25,767 nucleotides of DNA from Octopus sinensis (lineage: Eukaryota): assembly GCF_006345805.1 (NCBI RefSeq), contig NW_021836043.1, positions 1-25,767 of the forward strand. The letters are read 5' to 3'. Both the position numbers and the translations under genes were made by a program. Shown here piece by piece: positions 22,578 through 25,767 of the stretch (positions are counted from its first letter, which is position 1; the number at the start of each line of letters is the position of its first letter). The notes under the pieces are model-generated. The model was given only the letters and a program-made list of their open reading frames with translations, was not told where the DNA came from and searched no databases.

Positions 22578-22969
22578 TTATTCTTTTATTCTTTTATTTG
22601 TTTCAGTCATTTGACTGCGGCCATGCTGGAGCACCGCCTTTAGTCGAGCAAATCGACCCCGGGACTTATTCTTTGTAAGCCCAGTACTTATTCTATCGGA
22701 ATCTTTTGCTGAACAAAGTGACGGGGACATAAACACACTAGCAATGCTAGGGGGACAAACAGACACACAAACACACACACACACACACATATATATATAC
22801 ATATATACGACGGGCTTCTTTCCGTTTCCGTTTACCAAAACTACTCACAAGGCTTTGGTCGGCCCGAGGCTATAGTAGAAGACACTTGCCCAAGGTGCCA
22901 CGCAGTGGGACTGAACCCCGAACCATGTGGTTGGTAAGCAAGCTACTTACCACACAGTCACTCCTGCGC
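22578..22969 (-). mobile_element. Full-length tRNA-derived SINE, family A, CORE-like, with an internal (CA)/(TA) microsatellite
   Basis: A box TGACTGTGTGG (rc 22950-22960) and B box GGTTCAGTCCC (rc 22907-22917). These are followed by tgcgtggcaccttgggcaagtgtctt, which resembles the start of the CORE domain. The tail is short tandem (TTATTCTT). A second copy lies at 25373-end. Confidence 0.92.
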
Positions 22970-23175
22970 ATTTATACATATGTACATAGACTCACAAACA
23001 TATATGTATATGTATGCATGTATATGTATATCAATCTCAGTGTATTTACTTAAATACATACATACATACATACATACATACATACATAGCTACATACATA
23101 TATATATACGTACATACATACATGCATGCATACACACACCACACACGCACACACATATACATATGTGTGTGTATG

Positions 23176-23222
<47 letters not shown>

Positions 23223-23752
23223 GAGGGCAACATGTCCTGGGCGATTATGCTTTTACATGTATATTTTCCTCTAGAACTAAAGTTCGTTATAACTTTATAT
23301 ATTCTTTCCCTTGTTGTTGCTATTGCTGCTGTTGTTGTTGTTGCCACATTTGTTGATGCTAGTGATGGTGTTGTGGCACCGGGGAGTTGATTGCGATGTC
23401 GGTCACTTTTGCTGTCACCGAGATTGTCGCAGAGCTGTGGCATTATTGCTGTTATTGGTGACAGTGAATGGTGTTGTGTTTGATGATGAGGATAATGATG
23501 ACGATGATGATGATACCTTACTAATGTCAAAGGCTACTGTTTGTTTTCACCAGTGTTGGCGTTGTTATTTGTTGTATGTATGCGTTAGCTTAACTTCCGC
23601 CTTTTTTATTTGTTCCCAACATAAAAACTGGAAAGAATTTAGTCAAGAATATACTTAAAGGTTCCTGTAAGAATGTTTTTGCTTTTTTAATATAGTTTTT
23701 ATTTTCCCGCCTATTCTATTTCTATTTCCTAGTCATGTATCATTGTATGTGC

Positions 23753-23854
<102 letters not shown>

Positions 23855-23989
23855 GTAGGTATATGTGTGTAAGTGTGTGTATTTGTATAAATACATACGA
23901 ACAAGTAAATGTGCTGTAGTTATGAGTGTACGGGGAAACAAATGTACATATATTTATGAAATATGTGTATATAAGGTACATAGGTACAT

Positions 23990-24110
23990 TCATCTATACA
24001 TACATACATTTAAAAATACATATACATATATATATATGCATATATATATACATGTATATACATACACACATTATATATATATGTATATACATATATATAC
24101 ATACACACAC

Positions 24111-24146
<36 letters not shown>

Positions 24147-24398
24147 ATACAGAGAAAGATTATAACACGCATGCATAATATATATGTGTGTTTGTGCATG
24201 GTTGTGAGATAGTGTGTGCGTTTCCAGATATATGTGTGTGGTGGCATAGGTATGCAGGTGTGACGTGTCAAATATGAACGGAACTAGCAAATTAATCTCC
24301 CAAAATATCCTTGGACAGGCCATAATATGATAGATTTGCATATATATCTATGTATATATATATATATATATTATATATGGAGAGAGAGAGAGAGAGAG

Positions 24399-24435
<37 letters not shown>

Positions 24436-24530
24436 TGTACATACACACACAAACACATGCACACACACATACTTACACTCTCACACACAAACTCACAGAA
24501 ACACACACAAACACACACACCCTCCATGAT
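23990..24530. repeat. Compound (TA)/(CA)/(GA) microsatellite tracts
   Basis: Direct reading. Confidence 0.85.
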
Positions 24531-24626
24531 CTATTTTAATGAATGGTTTGGTTGTTGCTGAGTGGTTGGACATGTAAATCACCGTGTTGGAAATACGGCA
24601 AAAATAACTGAAAAGACTCACACAAG

Positions 24627-24627
<1 letters not shown>

Positions 24628-24695
<68 letters not shown>

Positions 24696-24750
24696 CAATG
24701 CATTATATATAAGTTAGTTGCATGTGCGTATATATATATATATATATATG
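24628..24750. repeat. (TA)n arrays
   Basis: Direct reading. Confidence 0.95.
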
Positions 24751-25372
24751 GCTGAAATCTCTACTACGTACAAATAAACATGTATACGTTCTCATGTACA
24801 TCCGTAGACATTCACTTTTATTTGTTTTCATATTTTCTTTTCGATTTCTATTTTGGAAGGGACTAGGCTTAATATCCATGCCTTTCTAACTTCCTGGGAA
24901 AGATCCTTGAGATTATTTTTCTGTTTTAAAATCTATGGCCAATATCTAAATCGACAAATTTATGTTTGAAACAAACTGAACATAATTTTAAGAAGCACAA
25001 ATACGAGGCTTTCTCAAATACTTTCTCATTGCTCAGTTAAAGAAGATTAGGCAGACCGTTAGCTCCTATTTTGAACACCCGACAGAAGTGAGGAAAATTG
25101 TGGAATTTGATCCTTAGATCAGAGACCTAGAGTGAATTCTTGTACGTGACCGAACTCTGTAAAATAGATCTAATATCCTGGTAGGGAAGGTGTCAAGCCA
25201 TGTGATGGATCAACGTCACCAATGGATTACTTTCGTTGGGTTTAACTGGTGGACAGTTATTTGGTTTTCTAGTTACTTGATGCAGTGTGGCATTGCTGCA
25301 CAGGAAAAATAGACCATGCAATGTTCTGCATATCATGACGTTTGCTTGAATGTAAAAAATAAAACTTTAGTA

Positions 25373-25595
25373 TTTACTATTTTACCCTTTTACGCTTTTC
25401 AGTCGTTTGACTGCGACCATGCTGGAGCACTGCCTTTAGTCGAAGAAATCGACTGCAGGACTTATTCTTTGAAAGCCTAGAGTTTATTCTATCGGTCTCT
25501 TTTTGCCAAACGCTAAGTTCGGGACACACCAACATCGGTTGTCAAGCGATGGTGGCGTGGACAAGCAGACACAAAGACATACACAAATACATACA

Positions 25596-25681
<86 letters not shown>

Positions 25682-25767
25682 CACGACGGGCTTCTTTCCG
25701 TTTCCGTCTACCAGATCTGCTCACAGGATTTGGTAGGGCTGAGGCTATAGAGAAGATTCTTGCCCAA
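25373..25767 (-). mobile_element. Family A SINE, older copy; the head runs off the window edge
   Basis: Colinear with 22578-22890 (ttcagtcgtttgactgcgaccatgctggagcac ... gacgggcttctttccgtttccg ... gaggctatag...ttgcccaa). Confidence 0.9.

Noticed and set aside
22890-22969. tRNA-like sequence as a real tRNA gene
   Set aside because: It has A/B boxes but no proper acceptor stem, and it continues into the SINE body.

Overview
No protein-coding gene is supported in this window. Nearly all ORFs in the supplied track are translations of microsatellites or low-complexity triplet tracts. The sequence is AT-rich, non-coding animal DNA saturated with (TA)n, (CA)n, (TATG)n, (TATC)n and drifting triplet repeats. 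The SINE families and repeat density strongly suggest an octopus genome (recognised from memory, not by database search), and the window is probably intronic or intergenic. Supported elements: (1) a complete ~400-bp non-autonomous Helitron (4432-4829); (2) a ~410-bp TIR element with an 8-bp TSD, GG-type ends and internal telomere-type repeats (11451-11863, Merlin-like by inference); (3) several tRNA-derived SINEs, namely a CORE-like family at 22578-22969 and 25373-end with fragments, and a nest of a second family at 12318-13068 that includes a dimer; (4) two inverted copies of a short repeat that carries a degenerate minimal hammerhead-ribozyme fold of the Penelope type (10718-10832 +, 14861-15020 -); (5) three local tandem duplications that each include a microsatellite. 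Weaker candidates: a textbook 90-nt intron between non-coding exons, a homeodomain-site cluster, a G4/polypurine block and a decayed LINE RT remnant. No intact novel system can be demonstrated from sequence alone. The hammerhead-like repeat is the best lead, but its catalytic core is mutated or missing in both copies.
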